Below are positions 39,782 to 49,885 of a DNA stretch of 64,000 nt, in pieces (positions within the stretch are counted from its first letter, which is position 1; each line of letters begins with the position of its first letter). The translations under genes and the position numbers were made by a program. This DNA is from Bdellovibrionales bacterium (GTDB taxonomy: Bacteria > Bdellovibrionota > Bdellovibrionia > Bdellovibrionales > JAGQZY01), in the NCBI GenBank assembly GCA_964230645.1, contig CAXRHT010000002.1, positions 160,001 to 224,000 of the forward strand, given 5' to 3'. The notes under the pieces are model-generated. The model saw only the letters and a program-made list of their open reading frames with translations, was not told the origin of the DNA and searched no databases.

Positions 39782-41209
39782 ATGAAAAACATAGCAGGAA
39801 AGCTTAAAAACATTGTTTTATTTATCAGTTTTGGAACCATGTCAGGTTGTGGAGCTCTTTTTGAAGGACTCAGCCAGGACGCCAATTTCGCCACTTATAA
39901 TGCGATTCACTCCGAAGCCGAAAATCAATTTATAGGTAACGACTCTGTTGACGGTGGACTTTTCGGTGACGAATCGGAAAGAAATATCGACGCTCCGAAA
40001 ATTGATGACCAATCAGAAACTAACAATGGTCAACCTCGAGTGACTGTGGATATTCCGCCCATTCGAGAGCCTGAGCTCTTACCCGAAACTCTTGAAATCA
40101 GCATGACCCCAAAGTCAATTTGCCAGGCCGGAGAGGTCGATGCCATTCGACTCTCTATGCATTGCTACCCGGATTTTCCATTAATTTTAACTAGAAAAGA
40201 TAGCACTGGTGAAACTATTATTGAAAACTTTGGTTCACAAGCTAGTAATGGTGAAGGTGGCCGTGAAGAGGCCATCCGCAGACTACGCAGTAACGACTGG
40301 ACAAGTGAAATCACTGGTTATGAATTTGATCTTTTTCTTTGCTTAGACAGTAATGGTGATAACAGCTGTATGGATGAGCAAGTGATGGATCTGAACCAAA
40401 TGAACGCGGATTTACTTTTATCTATCTTGAACTTTAATAAAATCAATAAAGGCAACAAAGTGGCTGAGAGAAGACAGTCTCTGAACCAAATTTGCTCTAA
40501 TGAAGTGATGAAAAAGGTAGAAAACGGTCTTGTTTTTTATCACCAGAGTTTTCTAGACTCCACTCAGGAAGATGTCATCAGTGCGGCTCGTTTGAATATT
40601 CATGACTTGACCGCTGACCGCATGGCTGAGTTCGTTAAAAACTTTAATGAAGAAACGCAAGTCATGGAATTCGAAACAGGGACCTCGGTTTCTTTTTCTC
40701 TAGTAGAAGCTGACAAAAACGCTTGTGATAAAATCGACAAAAGAATCCATGGTTGTTATGTCTCCGGAACAACGGTCCATATCTCTGAAGAAAACACTAT
40801 GCCGATTGAAGAGCTTCAGGTCGGATACCCAATCCTTCGAGCTAACGGAACGGTAACCAAGATCGCTAAGGTTGTGAAAGGTCCTGAGGAGAAAAAAGTC
40901 ATAAAACTAAAACTGGCATCCGATGAAACTGTAACCTTAACCGAAAATCACCCAGTTCACACTAAAACAGGAATCGTGCTCGCTAAAGACCTTGAAGAAG
41001 GACAAAGACTTCTCAACAAAAAAGGGGAGTGGCAAATTCTAACCAGTCTCACTAAAGAGAGTTACCATGGACTTGTTTACAATATTGAACTTGAGGGAAG
41101 CTCCAAAGTTGAGGACCATCTTCTCTACAGTGGTGGTATTGTTACTGGAGACCTTTACCTGCAAAATAAAGACAATTCAGAAAAAAAGAACTTAGCTTTG
41201 ACGAAATAA
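39782..41209 (+). CDS. Lipoprotein with C-terminal Hint domain
   Basis: MSGC lipobox; GCYVSGT (block A), LTENHP (block B), VYNIEL...HLLYSGGIVTGD (block F). Confidence 0.85.
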   Translation: MKNIAGKLKNIVLFISFGTMSGCGALFEGLSQDANFATYNAIHSEAENQFIGNDSVDGGLFGDESERNIDAPKIDDQSETNNGQPRVTVDIPPIREPELLPETLEISMTPKSICQAGEVDAIRLSMHCYPDFPLILTRKDSTGETIIENFGSQASNGEGGREEAIRRLRSNDWTSEITGYEFDLFLCLDSNGDNSCMDEQVMDLNQMNADLLLSILNFNKINKGNKVAERRQSLNQICSNEVMKKVENGLVFYHQSFLDSTQEDVISAARLNIHDLTADRMAEFVKNFNEETQVMEFETGTSVSFSLVEADKNACDKIDKRIHGCYVSGTTVHISEENTMPIEELQVGYPILRANGTVTKIAKVVKGPEEKKVIKLKLASDETVTLTENHPVHTKTGIVLAKDLEEGQRLLNKKGEWQILTSLTKESYHGLVYNIELEGSSKVEDHLLYSGGIVTGDLYLQNKDNSEKKNLALTK

Positions 41210-41236
41210 ATTCTTTGAACTAACAGAAGAGTTGAA

Positions 41237-41266
41237 GAGCCCGTTTTTTAAATCGGGCTTTTTTTT
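41237..41266. terminator. Terminator between convergent genes
   Basis: GCCCG-loop-CGGGC followed by a T run. Confidence 0.75.
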
Positions 41267-43052
41267 ATTCGACTTTCTTTTTCACAAATTCAGGTTGTAG
41301 AGCCACAGAGCGGAACATATCATAAATGCTCCCTTGGCTCTCTAGCCTTCCGGCCTCAAAAAGCTCTAAGGGTGCACAGTCATCCTCTCCAAATTTTGAA
41401 TTCTCAGCTGTAGCAAATTTCCAAACAGTTTTAGCAAAACAGGCTTCTGCCTGAATGTTCGAGGCCACATTTCGAGCCAAATCCACCCCATCGCCAAAGC
41501 TTGCACTCTCACCATAGGGTAAGGTCGCCTGAGTCTGAGAATCGATGGGTTTGGTGGTTAAAACTTCTCCAGCCGAGCCACTGCCTTCTGGATGATAAAC
41601 TTGAGCTTGGCTACGAAAACGCCCGAAGGAATCAAAGTTCTCGAAAGCAAAGCCAATGGGATTAATCACTGTTTTGTGACATTGTACACATGTGGAATCG
41701 GGCTGTTCGGTGATGGCCTTAGTGCGCTCTCTTTCAGTAAAATGATCCTCTAAAACCACACCATCAGGGGTGTTGTTGTCTGCAGGAGAGGGGAGCTCTC
41801 CACACATGAAACGTTTATAGACATGCACACCCCTCATGATAGGGCGGGTACTTTCAAGACCCGTAAAAAGAAAGTGGGCTTGAGTTAAAAGACCGGCCCG
41901 CTCATCCCTAGGGGCCTCGATAAGGCTATTAAGGTCATAACTGCCATTCCATTTTTCCGTGCTGTAGATTTCTGCTAGATCATCGGTTCTTGGGAAAACA
42001 AGGTTACTTGTCATAAGCTCACTAAAGTTGGCATGCTGTTCCCAGATCAAGTAATCAAAATAGTCGTAAACTTCTTGAATAAGGTTGCTTCTTTGCTGAG
42101 AGTAAGAAAGACCGTGATTAAATCCTAACAGAATATCTTTCATAGCCTCTGTGGAGTCATTAATGGAAGGCGTTTCGTCGAGTTTAAGCCACTGATTGGC
42201 AAAGGCTTTGGTTAGTCTTTGCCGAACCTTAGGAAGTGATAAAAGACGATCGACTTGTTTTTTAACGCCCTGCTGAGTGGAAAGCTCACCTTTTTGTGCT
42301 GCCTGAAGAAGTTCGTCGTCGGGGAGACTGCGCAAATAAAAATAGGAAAGTTTAGAGGCGATTTCGTAATTTGAGAGCCGCACAAAGCCGTCTTGATCCG
42401 GACTGCTGCCATCCCCGAATTCGACCAATTGAGTAAAGGATGGCGAGCTTAGAATGAGTACTATTAAATTCCTGTAGCCTTCTGATTCCCGAGCTTGATA
42501 GGCATTGAGAAAAAAACTCACCTGCTCATCAGACAAGGGACGTCTAAAAGCCCTTTGACCAAAAGATCTAATAAAAGAAGTCGTGCAGGTATAATCACTG
42601 GCATCACTTGAACAACTTCCCGCTATTTTCGCTAACAATGCAGGGTTTGCAATTATAAAGTCAGCTAAACTTTCTGATAATTCCATATATTTTTCAATAT
42701 GAGTTTGAGTAAGAGAGCGATCATAAAGGTTCATTTCTTCGTGATGCTCTTCTGGCAGATTAGCAATTTCTTCACTCGCATCACTCAAGAGACTACCCAC
42801 CTCTGTGGAGGTTAGGTAGTTGCTAAACAAATCTTCAATGGAATAAACGAGCTGTTCATGGGTGATTCTTTTTGTCTGGGAGGAAAGGGGATTGCGTTTG
42901 TCACTGGGCTGACAACTTAAAACTTTATTAGCCGGACTTAAACTAGGAAGGAAATTATCGTTCACGGCAAAATTACCGTCAAAACATCCCGATAACATTA
43001 AGAGGATCAAAGTAAATCCAATAGAAAACACAATGCGACTCAACTGCTTCAT
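41265..43052 (-). CDS. DUF1587/1595/1592/1588-type lipoprotein with heme-c motif
   Basis: LSGC lipobox; RAFRRPL, YEIASKLSYF...PDDELL, RAGLLTQ, RPIMRG, CVQCH, GFAFENFD. Confidence 0.88.
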   Translation of the reverse strand: MKQLSRIVFSIGFTLILLMLSGCFDGNFAVNDNFLPSLSPANKVLSCQPSDKRNPLSSQTKRITHEQLVYSIEDLFSNYLTSTEVGSLLSDASEEIANLPEEHHEEMNLYDRSLTQTHIEKYMELSESLADFIIANPALLAKIAGSCSSDASDYTCTTSFIRSFGQRAFRRPLSDEQVSFFLNAYQARESEGYRNLIVLILSSPSFTQLVEFGDGSSPDQDGFVRLSNYEIASKLSYFYLRSLPDDELLQAAQKGELSTQQGVKKQVDRLLSLPKVRQRLTKAFANQWLKLDETPSINDSTEAMKDILLGFNHGLSYSQQRSNLIQEVYDYFDYLIWEQHANFSELMTSNLVFPRTDDLAEIYSTEKWNGSYDLNSLIEAPRDERAGLLTQAHFLFTGLESTRPIMRGVHVYKRFMCGELPSPADNNTPDGVVLEDHFTERERTKAITEQPDSTCVQCHKTVINPIGFAFENFDSFGRFRSQAQVYHPEGSGSAGEVLTTKPIDSQTQATLPYGESASFGDGVDLARNVASNIQAEACFAKTVWKFATAENSKFGEDDCAPLELFEAGRLESQGSIYDMFRSVALQPEFVKKKVE

Positions 43053-43100
43053 AACCCAAAACTCATTTCGTGAAATTCTCTATTATTTTACAATGATACT

Positions 43101-43128
43101 TATTCGGCGGAAAGTGAGCGTCGCTTAA
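43101..43128 (-). promoter_or_regulatory. Sigma28 (FliA)-like promoter
   Basis: Minus strand TTAAG-N15-GCCGAATA. Confidence 0.65.
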
Positions 43129-43227
43129 GTGCCTCAACCTTTAACGATGAGTGTTTCAAAAAGAGAAGGCTTTAGTTTTTCCATAAAAAGTCGATTAAAA
43201 TAGGGTGATTACGGAACTCGGGTGGAT

Positions 43228-44787
43228 ATGAAGTACAACAAGCTGACAAGACGTTATTTTTTACAAGGATTGGGAGGCACAATGGTGGCCCTTCCTATTT
43301 TGCCATCACTGCTACCAAAGGCCCACGCACAAGTGCCTTCACCTAGTAATCTCATTATTATAGGTTCCGAGCACGGGGGAACAGGGTACCGAGATTGGTA
43401 TCCGCAAGCTTTGCGCGACCCTTTAAATCCTCTGGCAAGTCTTACGGAACAGCAACTCTTTACCGGTTCTGCTGCTGACGGGATGGATCACAAGATTAGA
43501 CACGCAAGGCTCAATACGCTCCTCACTGCTGAACCAGGACACCCTGGAGGGGATGTGGACTCTGGGCAAGCTCGCCTTTCTTATGTGCTTAACAGCCAGT
43601 TCAATCCCTACATTGATAAAATGAACCTTTACCAGGGCATTGATATTGGCCCTGAGTACCAAGGACACGGTGTGGGTGTTATCTCAGGCAATATCTCAGG
43701 TGTGTCCAATTCTGCAACTTACCGTAATTTACAAGCAACTCCTTCTTTGGATCAATTTCTCGCGGCTCATCCCAATTTTTACGGTGGAGCGAGTGATCAC
43801 TCCGTGGGTTCTATTATTATTGCCGGGCGTTCGCTTTCTTGGGACCCCAGTTTTCAAAGACTTCCCTCCAACGGCGGCAGTGCCAACGGATTGTTTAACA
43901 ATGTGTTTAGTAAGTACGATCAAGACCCTCAAGCCATAGCCAAAAGACAACAAAAGAAGTTTTTAGTCGATAAGGTGCTTGAGGACTACAACAATCTAAT
44001 GAGTGGTGCCTATGGACTTGGAAGGAAAATATCCAGTGAGGATCGTCACAAAGTCGAAGGGCAAATCGAAAGTCTCTTTAATATTCAAAAGAAAGTCACA
44101 GGCGCCTCCAATAATTGCAGTCTTGTGGGTGCTCCAGCCTCCAACGATTGGGACACTCGACTTGATTTAATTGTGGCTGCTATGAACTGTGGAGCGACCA
44201 GACTTGCCACTCTCTGGAGTCCGGTGATGTCGAATATCCCTAACTATCATCAGGATGTGGCTCACCAGGCAGGAAGTGATGCGGGGAGAAGACTGGATCA
44301 CTCCAATAATTTCCGCAGTCAAACCAATACGATTGTTGCTAAGCTTATTGAGAAAATGGATGCCGTCGACGTAGGAGGAGGTAAGACTCTTCTCGATCAA
44401 TCCCTTGTCTACTGGCAACATGAGAGTGGCGTGACCACTCACAGTGGTTATAGTGTGAACTTGGTCTCTTTTGGTTCCGCCAATGGCTTTTTAAACACAG
44501 GCTATTTCGTAGATTACAGAAACCTTTCGAATTACGGTTTAGCGAATAATAAAAAATTTGAAACAAAACCAGGTTTGTTGGTAAACCAGTGGTGGACCAC
44601 AATTTGCCAGGCCATGGGAATGAGACCTCAGGATTATGAAAGTGGTGGTGAGCCAGGCTATGGAACTTTTCACCGTAGTACTCGCTATCCTTATGGAAGT
44701 GCCGGCTGGCATGGGCATCGAGATCATCTCCCTTATCCAGAAAGAATCTACCAAGCCACAGGTAATACTCTTCCTATCATCACTTGA
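43228..44787 (+). CDS. DUF1552-like Tat-exported protein
   Basis: TRRYFLQGLGG..VALP.LPSL Tat signal; SLDQ, GRKISSEDRHKV, YHQDVAH, TLLDQS. Confidence 0.85.
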   Translation: MKYNKLTRRYFLQGLGGTMVALPILPSLLPKAHAQVPSPSNLIIIGSEHGGTGYRDWYPQALRDPLNPLASLTEQQLFTGSAADGMDHKIRHARLNTLLTAEPGHPGGDVDSGQARLSYVLNSQFNPYIDKMNLYQGIDIGPEYQGHGVGVISGNISGVSNSATYRNLQATPSLDQFLAAHPNFYGGASDHSVGSIIIAGRSLSWDPSFQRLPSNGGSANGLFNNVFSKYDQDPQAIAKRQQKKFLVDKVLEDYNNLMSGAYGLGRKISSEDRHKVEGQIESLFNIQKKVTGASNNCSLVGAPASNDWDTRLDLIVAAMNCGATRLATLWSPVMSNIPNYHQDVAHQAGSDAGRRLDHSNNFRSQTNTIVAKLIEKMDAVDVGGGKTLLDQSLVYWQHESGVTTHSGYSVNLVSFGSANGFLNTGYFVDYRNLSNYGLANNKKFETKPGLLVNQWWTTICQAMGMRPQDYESGGEPGYGTFHRSTRYPYGSAGWHGHRDHLPYPERIYQATGNTLPIIT

Positions 44788-45409
44788 TATCGTACTGCCA
44801 ACCAATGGACCAACGGGCTGTGCCGATGTTGTGTTGGTAGGCCGCCGAGATCACGATGGCATTTTTAAGGTTGTAGCGCGTGATCATTGTTAAACCATAC
44901 CCATAGTAAAATAAATTCTCATCTTCGGCAGAAATATCTCTTTGTACGGGAGGCTGCCAGAAGGTCATACGGTACCCCACGGGAAAATAAAGTCCAAGCT
45001 CAGTTCTGAGACTTGAACGATAAAGAACCGTCGGGGAGAATTGAAAGTCGGTAAAATTTTGGTTACCGAAATCCTCGTTAATAGCCCCTTGTGCAAGGCC
45101 TTTTGCTTGACCGAAAGTCACTTTTGCGTTCAAGCCGTAAATCCAATGAATGTTTTTTCGGCTGGGCTTTACGTAATTGGCGTTAAGTTCCACTCCTTTA
45201 TAGGAGACATTCATTTTTTCAGTGGCACCACGTTGGTAAAGCCCCACTTCCTGCTGCCAAAAACCAACCCCCATTCCCACTTGAAAGGACTTTTTGGTGA
45301 GGTAGCGGTAGAGACGCTTTTTACTGGCATTCCCTTTGGCTTGGGCTTGCAAGCTCAATGCCCCCGTAAAGAAAATGAGCAAAATCATTTTTAAAAATTT
45401 GAATCTCAT
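44780..45409 (-). CDS. Putative small outer-membrane beta-barrel
   Basis: Signal peptide, amphipathic strands, terminal WSIGWQY. Confidence 0.6.
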   Translation of the reverse strand: MRFKFLKMILLIFFTGALSLQAQAKGNASKKRLYRYLTKKSFQVGMGVGFWQQEVGLYQRGATEKMNVSYKGVELNANYVKPSRKNIHWIYGLNAKVTFGQAKGLAQGAINEDFGNQNFTDFQFSPTVLYRSSLRTELGLYFPVGYRMTFWQPPVQRDISAEDENLFYYGYGLTMITRYNLKNAIVISAAYQHNIGTARWSIGWQYDIK

Positions 45410-45419
45410 AAATCCATCC

Positions 45420-46574
45420 TTAGAGAGATAAATGCACTTGCATCAACAGGGCCCAGAAGTCATTGGGTGATTGACTTGAACTTAAGATTTGTCTGGTATT
45501 TTGTGCTTCCACACGAAATTCATAACGCGATCGAGGAAAAGCAAGCAGCCCAATACCCGTTCGAATGGTATCTGGCTGCTGACTTGAAAGTTCGGATTTA
45601 AAGGCCTCGCCAGTAAAGAAGAGGTGATATCCCCGCGCAAACTTTTGCATCACCTCAGAGAAGAGATAATAACCCAACTGCTCACTGATCGGGGTGGTGT
45701 CTTCAATTAAGCCCACTTCAAAAAGGATGGAGGAGCCATGCCCCAAACCATTGCGTGAGTGTATAGCAAGACGCTTCCAATCGACAAACTCATTGGAGGA
45801 AACAAGAGAAGAAAAACCCACCCGCCAAGCTTCGGCCACGTCAAATTCCATGAGTGTTGAAAAGCCTTGATGGCGAAGCTCCGCTTCCTGAAACATATTT
45901 CCAAGATAAGTGTGTAAGGTAAATTCGAAGCCTTCATCCACCCAGTGGGCCATCACCCCGTGGGTTTGATCGTTTTGCCCGTTGCCGGTCATGGCTCGGC
46001 TAAAAGCCGTGTGATCGACAATACGAATGCCGTAGGCTTTGTCCATCATCCCAACGAAAAGAAAAAGTTTCTCCATGGCCTGCCAGCGAAAATAGTGAGA
46101 GCGTGAAATCCAGTTTTCGATATCATCAGCTGTGGGCTGTCCTTGAAACCTTCTCGGTGTGGGAGCATATCCAAAAGACCCAACAAACATAAACTCATAA
46201 GATTGATCGAAGATTAAAGCGAGGTTTGCTTCAGCCTGCATTAAGACGTCGTCACTGGTTTCTGAGCTGCTCCCTGGATTGGATTGAAACCATAAGTATC
46301 TCGCTTTGAGACCCGGCTTCAGCCAGTAGGGGAGCTCCGTTTTTCCTAAAAAACCTGAGGACTCACCAAGCTCCTCGCTCGACTTATCTCCAGCCCACAA
46401 TCTCCCACCTATTTCAGCGGCCCACAAAGCTCGACCATAGTCGTTGATCGCTCCATTTCCTTGGCTGTTGTAGTGGCAGGTTAAACAGGAAGTGTATTTG
46501 TAACCTATAAATTCCGGATAAGCTTGGGATAAAGGCCCAGAAAGGATTAGAAACAGGAAGCAAAAGAGTCTCAC
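45420..46574 (-). CDS. Outer-membrane beta-barrel with N-terminal heme-c motif
   Basis: CLTCH about 11 aa after the signal peptide; porin-like strands ending LMQVHLSL. Confidence 0.7.
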   Translation of the reverse strand: MRLFCFLFLILSGPLSQAYPEFIGYKYTSCLTCHYNSQGNGAINDYGRALWAAEIGGRLWAGDKSSEELGESSGFLGKTELPYWLKPGLKARYLWFQSNPGSSSETSDDVLMQAEANLALIFDQSYEFMFVGSFGYAPTPRRFQGQPTADDIENWISRSHYFRWQAMEKLFLFVGMMDKAYGIRIVDHTAFSRAMTGNGQNDQTHGVMAHWVDEGFEFTLHTYLGNMFQEAELRHQGFSTLMEFDVAEAWRVGFSSLVSSNEFVDWKRLAIHSRNGLGHGSSILFEVGLIEDTTPISEQLGYYLFSEVMQKFARGYHLFFTGEAFKSELSSQQPDTIRTGIGLLAFPRSRYEFRVEAQNTRQILSSSQSPNDFWALLMQVHLSL

Positions 46575-46671
46575 GTGCAGAATACCTCGAAGAAATATTT
46601 CATATTAGCTCCAGATTATACTAAAATAAAAACTGATGAAAAGTAACTATTTAATACAAAGTGGGAACCCA

Positions 46672-47211
46672 ATGAAAAACTCTTATAAAATCGCTCTTTC
46701 TTTTTTAATCCTTTTAGTTTCCTTTCAAATCAATGCCGCTGAACTCAAAGTGGATGTGGATTTAAGCCCGGCGGGAGACTTTGTTGCTAAAACCTCCAGT
46801 GTAAAAGGTAAAGCTTTTCTTAAAAAATCAGGTGGTAAGGAGTTACTCGCAGCTAAGGGCATTGTTATTGATTTACGAACTATTAAAACGGGCGTCAGTC
46901 TCAGAGACAAGCATTTGAAAAAATATTTAGAAGTGGATAAGTACCCCACTGCAACTTTACTTAAAGCCAAAGGTGGTAACGGTAAAGGTATTGCTTTAAT
47001 CAAAATCAGAGGAAAAAAAATAAAAGTAAAAGGGGATTATGAAATCAACGGCAGTGAGCTTACGGCTAACTTCCCTGTTAAACTCTCTCAACTCGGCATC
47101 ACAGGCGTTCGCTATATGGGTGTGGGCGTTAAGGACGAATTAAAAGTTCATGTGACAGTTCCAGTGGCTCCCATGGCTGAAATGAGAAAGCCGGCAAGCA
47201 AAGGAAAATAA
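46672..47211 (+). CDS. YceI family protein
   Basis: IKTGVSLRDKHL, KLSQLGI; signal peptide. Confidence 0.8.
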   Translation: MKNSYKIALSFLILLVSFQINAAELKVDVDLSPAGDFVAKTSSVKGKAFLKKSGGKELLAAKGIVIDLRTIKTGVSLRDKHLKKYLEVDKYPTATLLKAKGGNGKGIALIKIRGKKIKVKGDYEINGSELTANFPVKLSQLGITGVRYMGVGVKDELKVHVTVPVAPMAEMRKPASKGK

Positions 47212-47217
47212 AATTCC

Positions 47218-47589
47218 ATGAAACGATTTTATATTTTTCTAATGACAGGCCCTTTTGTTTTTTTGTTAAGCGCCTGTTTACAAACTCAAAATTCAAGCTC
47301 CCAGGACGGAGAGCAGTTTGAAGAGCAACCGACAGGGAATCCTGCCTTTCTAGCCGCACGAACGGTGATTGCAAACAACTGTGCGGATTGCCACGGTTAT
47401 CATAACCAAAGTGAAGAACAATTGATTGCTACCAACTTTGTGATTCCTGGAGACCCTGAGGCCTCAATGATATTTTATCGCATAAAAAACAGTTCAGGGT
47501 CGCAAGGCCCTAAAAATATGCCTCAAACCGGGGAACTCTCCGAAGCCGAATTGCAAATTATTTTTGATTGGATTGACGGAATTGAGTGA
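47218..47589 (+). CDS. Monoheme cytochrome c lipoprotein (planctomycete-type)
   Basis: LSAC lipobox, CADCH, VIPGDPEAS, MP, WIDG. Confidence 0.85.
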   Translation: MKRFYIFLMTGPFVFLLSACLQTQNSSSQDGEQFEEQPTGNPAFLAARTVIANNCADCHGYHNQSEEQLIATNFVIPGDPEASMIFYRIKNSSGSQGPKNMPQTGELSEAELQIIFDWIDGIE

Positions 47590-47750
47590 TTTCTGTGAAC
47601 GATCTTAAATAATCACTGTTAAAAAGATTACATTTTAGTTTCTTAAACCCCTCAAAACCTCTTTAACGTTGTTTTTTAGCCATTCAGTGTGCTAGACCCC
47701 TAGGCAATCTAAGCTCGCTTGAAAGAGTTTAAATACAATTAGGGGGAATT

Positions 47751-49304
47751 TTGCGGACCATAATCTTTTTCATTGTCTTTTCAAGTATACAGGCCTCGGC
47801 CCAAAGCGACGTCCAAGCCGACTACAACGATCTTTACACCCAAATCTTAATAGAAAAGCCACAGTGGCCAAAACAACTGAACTCCCTTGAAAATCAAGTG
47901 AATCAAAGCGAGCAAGTCTACAGCGAGTCTCAAGTTACATTGCAAATTGAGAAGCGACAAATCACAGAGCTTTCGCGAGACCTAGAGTCTCAAAAACTTC
48001 ATCTTGAGTTTCTCAAACGGGTGGAGCCCCTTTCTTTAAATGAAAAGCAAAAGATAAAACAAAATGTGGTTCAATCAGGTGAATTTAGTGCTGTCAGTCA
48101 GGTGAGCCAATCCTCTTTGCAACAAAAGGCCTCCCAAATTTCAGGTCAAGCTCAAGCCAAGCAAGACCAGATCGATCAAAACAATCAGAAGATCTCAGAT
48201 CTTAAACAAACCTCTGAGTACCAAGGGTATTTAGCTCGCAGGGCTGATCTTCGCCGCCAAAAGGATCAAAAAAATTCTAAAGTAAACAGCGTCCGCCAAC
48301 AAATTCGTGATCAACAGAGTAAAAAACGTCAATTGGAATTTGATCTTTCTAATTCTGAGCAAAGAGAAGAAAGAGCCAGGATTCAAGTCGTTGGCATCAA
48401 TCAAAGAGAAATTCCAGCACTGCGTCGAGAAAATCAAAGTCTACAATCTACAATCAGAAACTTACGTCAAGACATTCAACAAAAAAGACAAACAAGACAG
48501 CAAGTAGAAAGACGCCGCGACCAAACCAAGCGAGACATTCAACAAAAACAAAATCAATTAAATAAACCTGACGCCAATAAGCCAGCCATTCAAGCGGAGA
48601 TTCAACAGTTACGGCAGCAACTGAGACGACAAAACAGGAGAATAGAAAACCTGACTCGTCAGATCCAAGACAGCCGCCAAAAAATAGCTCAAGCTGAACG
48701 AGAGCAGGAGCGTAACGAGAGAAGGATCTCACAACTGCAAAATGAAGTGATTCGCCTCGAAAGACAGATTGCCAATGAAGACATTTTACAAATCCGTTTA
48801 GATGGAGATATTAGAGAGGCGACTCGCGAAATTGCCAATCTTCAAAGAAGAGAATCTCAACTTATTAGTGACATCAGCCTTATCAATAGCCAGATTTCCT
48901 CCGTTCAAGCTCAAATCAATCAGTACCACAGCACAAATATTGCACCCATTGAACAGGTTATTGGTGGTCTTGAAAGTGACAAAGAAGGACTTGAGCGTCG
49001 ACAAAGGGCTCTTTTGAAGGCGAGAGAAAATTTAATAACTCAAGATCAGAATATCTCCTCTGCTAAAAATAAAATTCCTGATCAAGAGAGCTTGATCCAA
49101 GAGAAGCAGAACTTTTTAGATACGAAAAAACAAAGTGTCGGGAACCTTGAAAAGAAGACCCAGGATCTCAAAGATAAAAGAGACCAAAACATCAAATCTT
49201 ATAACAGTCTCATCGCCAGCATTGATCAAAAAAGAAAGAAGTTAGTCCTACTTAAAGAACAATTAATTAAAAATATCGAATCACTAAAAAATGGGGGAAA
49301 CTAA
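47751..49304 (+). CDS. Secreted long coiled-coil protein
   Basis: Signal peptide; Q/R/E/I heptads over ~450 aa. Confidence 0.75.
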   Translation: MRTIIFFIVFSSIQASAQSDVQADYNDLYTQILIEKPQWPKQLNSLENQVNQSEQVYSESQVTLQIEKRQITELSRDLESQKLHLEFLKRVEPLSLNEKQKIKQNVVQSGEFSAVSQVSQSSLQQKASQISGQAQAKQDQIDQNNQKISDLKQTSEYQGYLARRADLRRQKDQKNSKVNSVRQQIRDQQSKKRQLEFDLSNSEQREERARIQVVGINQREIPALRRENQSLQSTIRNLRQDIQQKRQTRQQVERRRDQTKRDIQQKQNQLNKPDANKPAIQAEIQQLRQQLRRQNRRIENLTRQIQDSRQKIAQAEREQERNERRISQLQNEVIRLERQIANEDILQIRLDGDIREATREIANLQRRESQLISDISLINSQISSVQAQINQYHSTNIAPIEQVIGGLESDKEGLERRQRALLKARENLITQDQNISSAKNKIPDQESLIQEKQNFLDTKKQSVGNLEKKTQDLKDKRDQNIKSYNSLIASIDQKRKKLVLLKEQLIKNIESLKNGGN

Positions 49305-49305
49305 A

Positions 49306-49881
49306 ATGAAGAAGCTATTATTGACTCTTGCTCTCTTGGTAACAAGTCTTACAGCTAAGGCACAAATCACTGATGAAATTATTGTTGATGCCAACGAGAC
49401 AGGAAAAGCCTGGAATGCCGAAACGACTGTGGATCATGAAATTTGGAACAAGCCAGCCTGTTCCGCCTACACCATGAGTGAAGACCGACAGTCCACACTC
49501 GAAGTGGTGGCCTTTTACGATCAAAACACTGACACTTTCTCAGAGCCTGAAGTGAATGTTATCACAAACGCCAACTTTAGCTTTTTAGATGTGGTTGTTT
49601 CAACCGATGGAACTTCTAGGCAGTTCCAACTTCTCCCTATCCAGCCATCCAATCAAAGTCTTGTTGGAGCAAGAGTGCTTTTTGAAGATCGGGAAGACCT
49701 AGTCTCAGCGATCCGCCGTCATTTAACTTTAACGGCTCGCTATCTCGATACTGCGGGTGAAGTGAAGACGGTGAGCTTTTCTCTGAGAGGTTCCAGTGAT
49801 GCGGTTTCTGCCCAATTTGATTATTGTGAGCTTGAGTTTTTACCTGAGCTTGAACTGCCATCTCCTCTCAGCCTAAACTAG
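49306..49881 (+). CDS. Secreted protein, possibly IalB-like
   Basis: Signal AKA; W...C near N-terminus and C-terminal FSLRGSSDA...C. Confidence 0.55.
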   Translation: MKKLLLTLALLVTSLTAKAQITDEIIVDANETGKAWNAETTVDHEIWNKPACSAYTMSEDRQSTLEVVAFYDQNTDTFSEPEVNVITNANFSFLDVVVSTDGTSRQFQLLPIQPSNQSLVGARVLFEDREDLVSAIRRHLTLTARYLDTAGEVKTVSFSLRGSSDAVSAQFDYCELEFLPELELPSPLSLN

Positions 49882-49885
49882 TCCA

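Noticed and set aside
40751..41209. Hint domain as a mobile intein
   Set aside because: No endonuclease domain, no terminal His-Asn, no real C-extein
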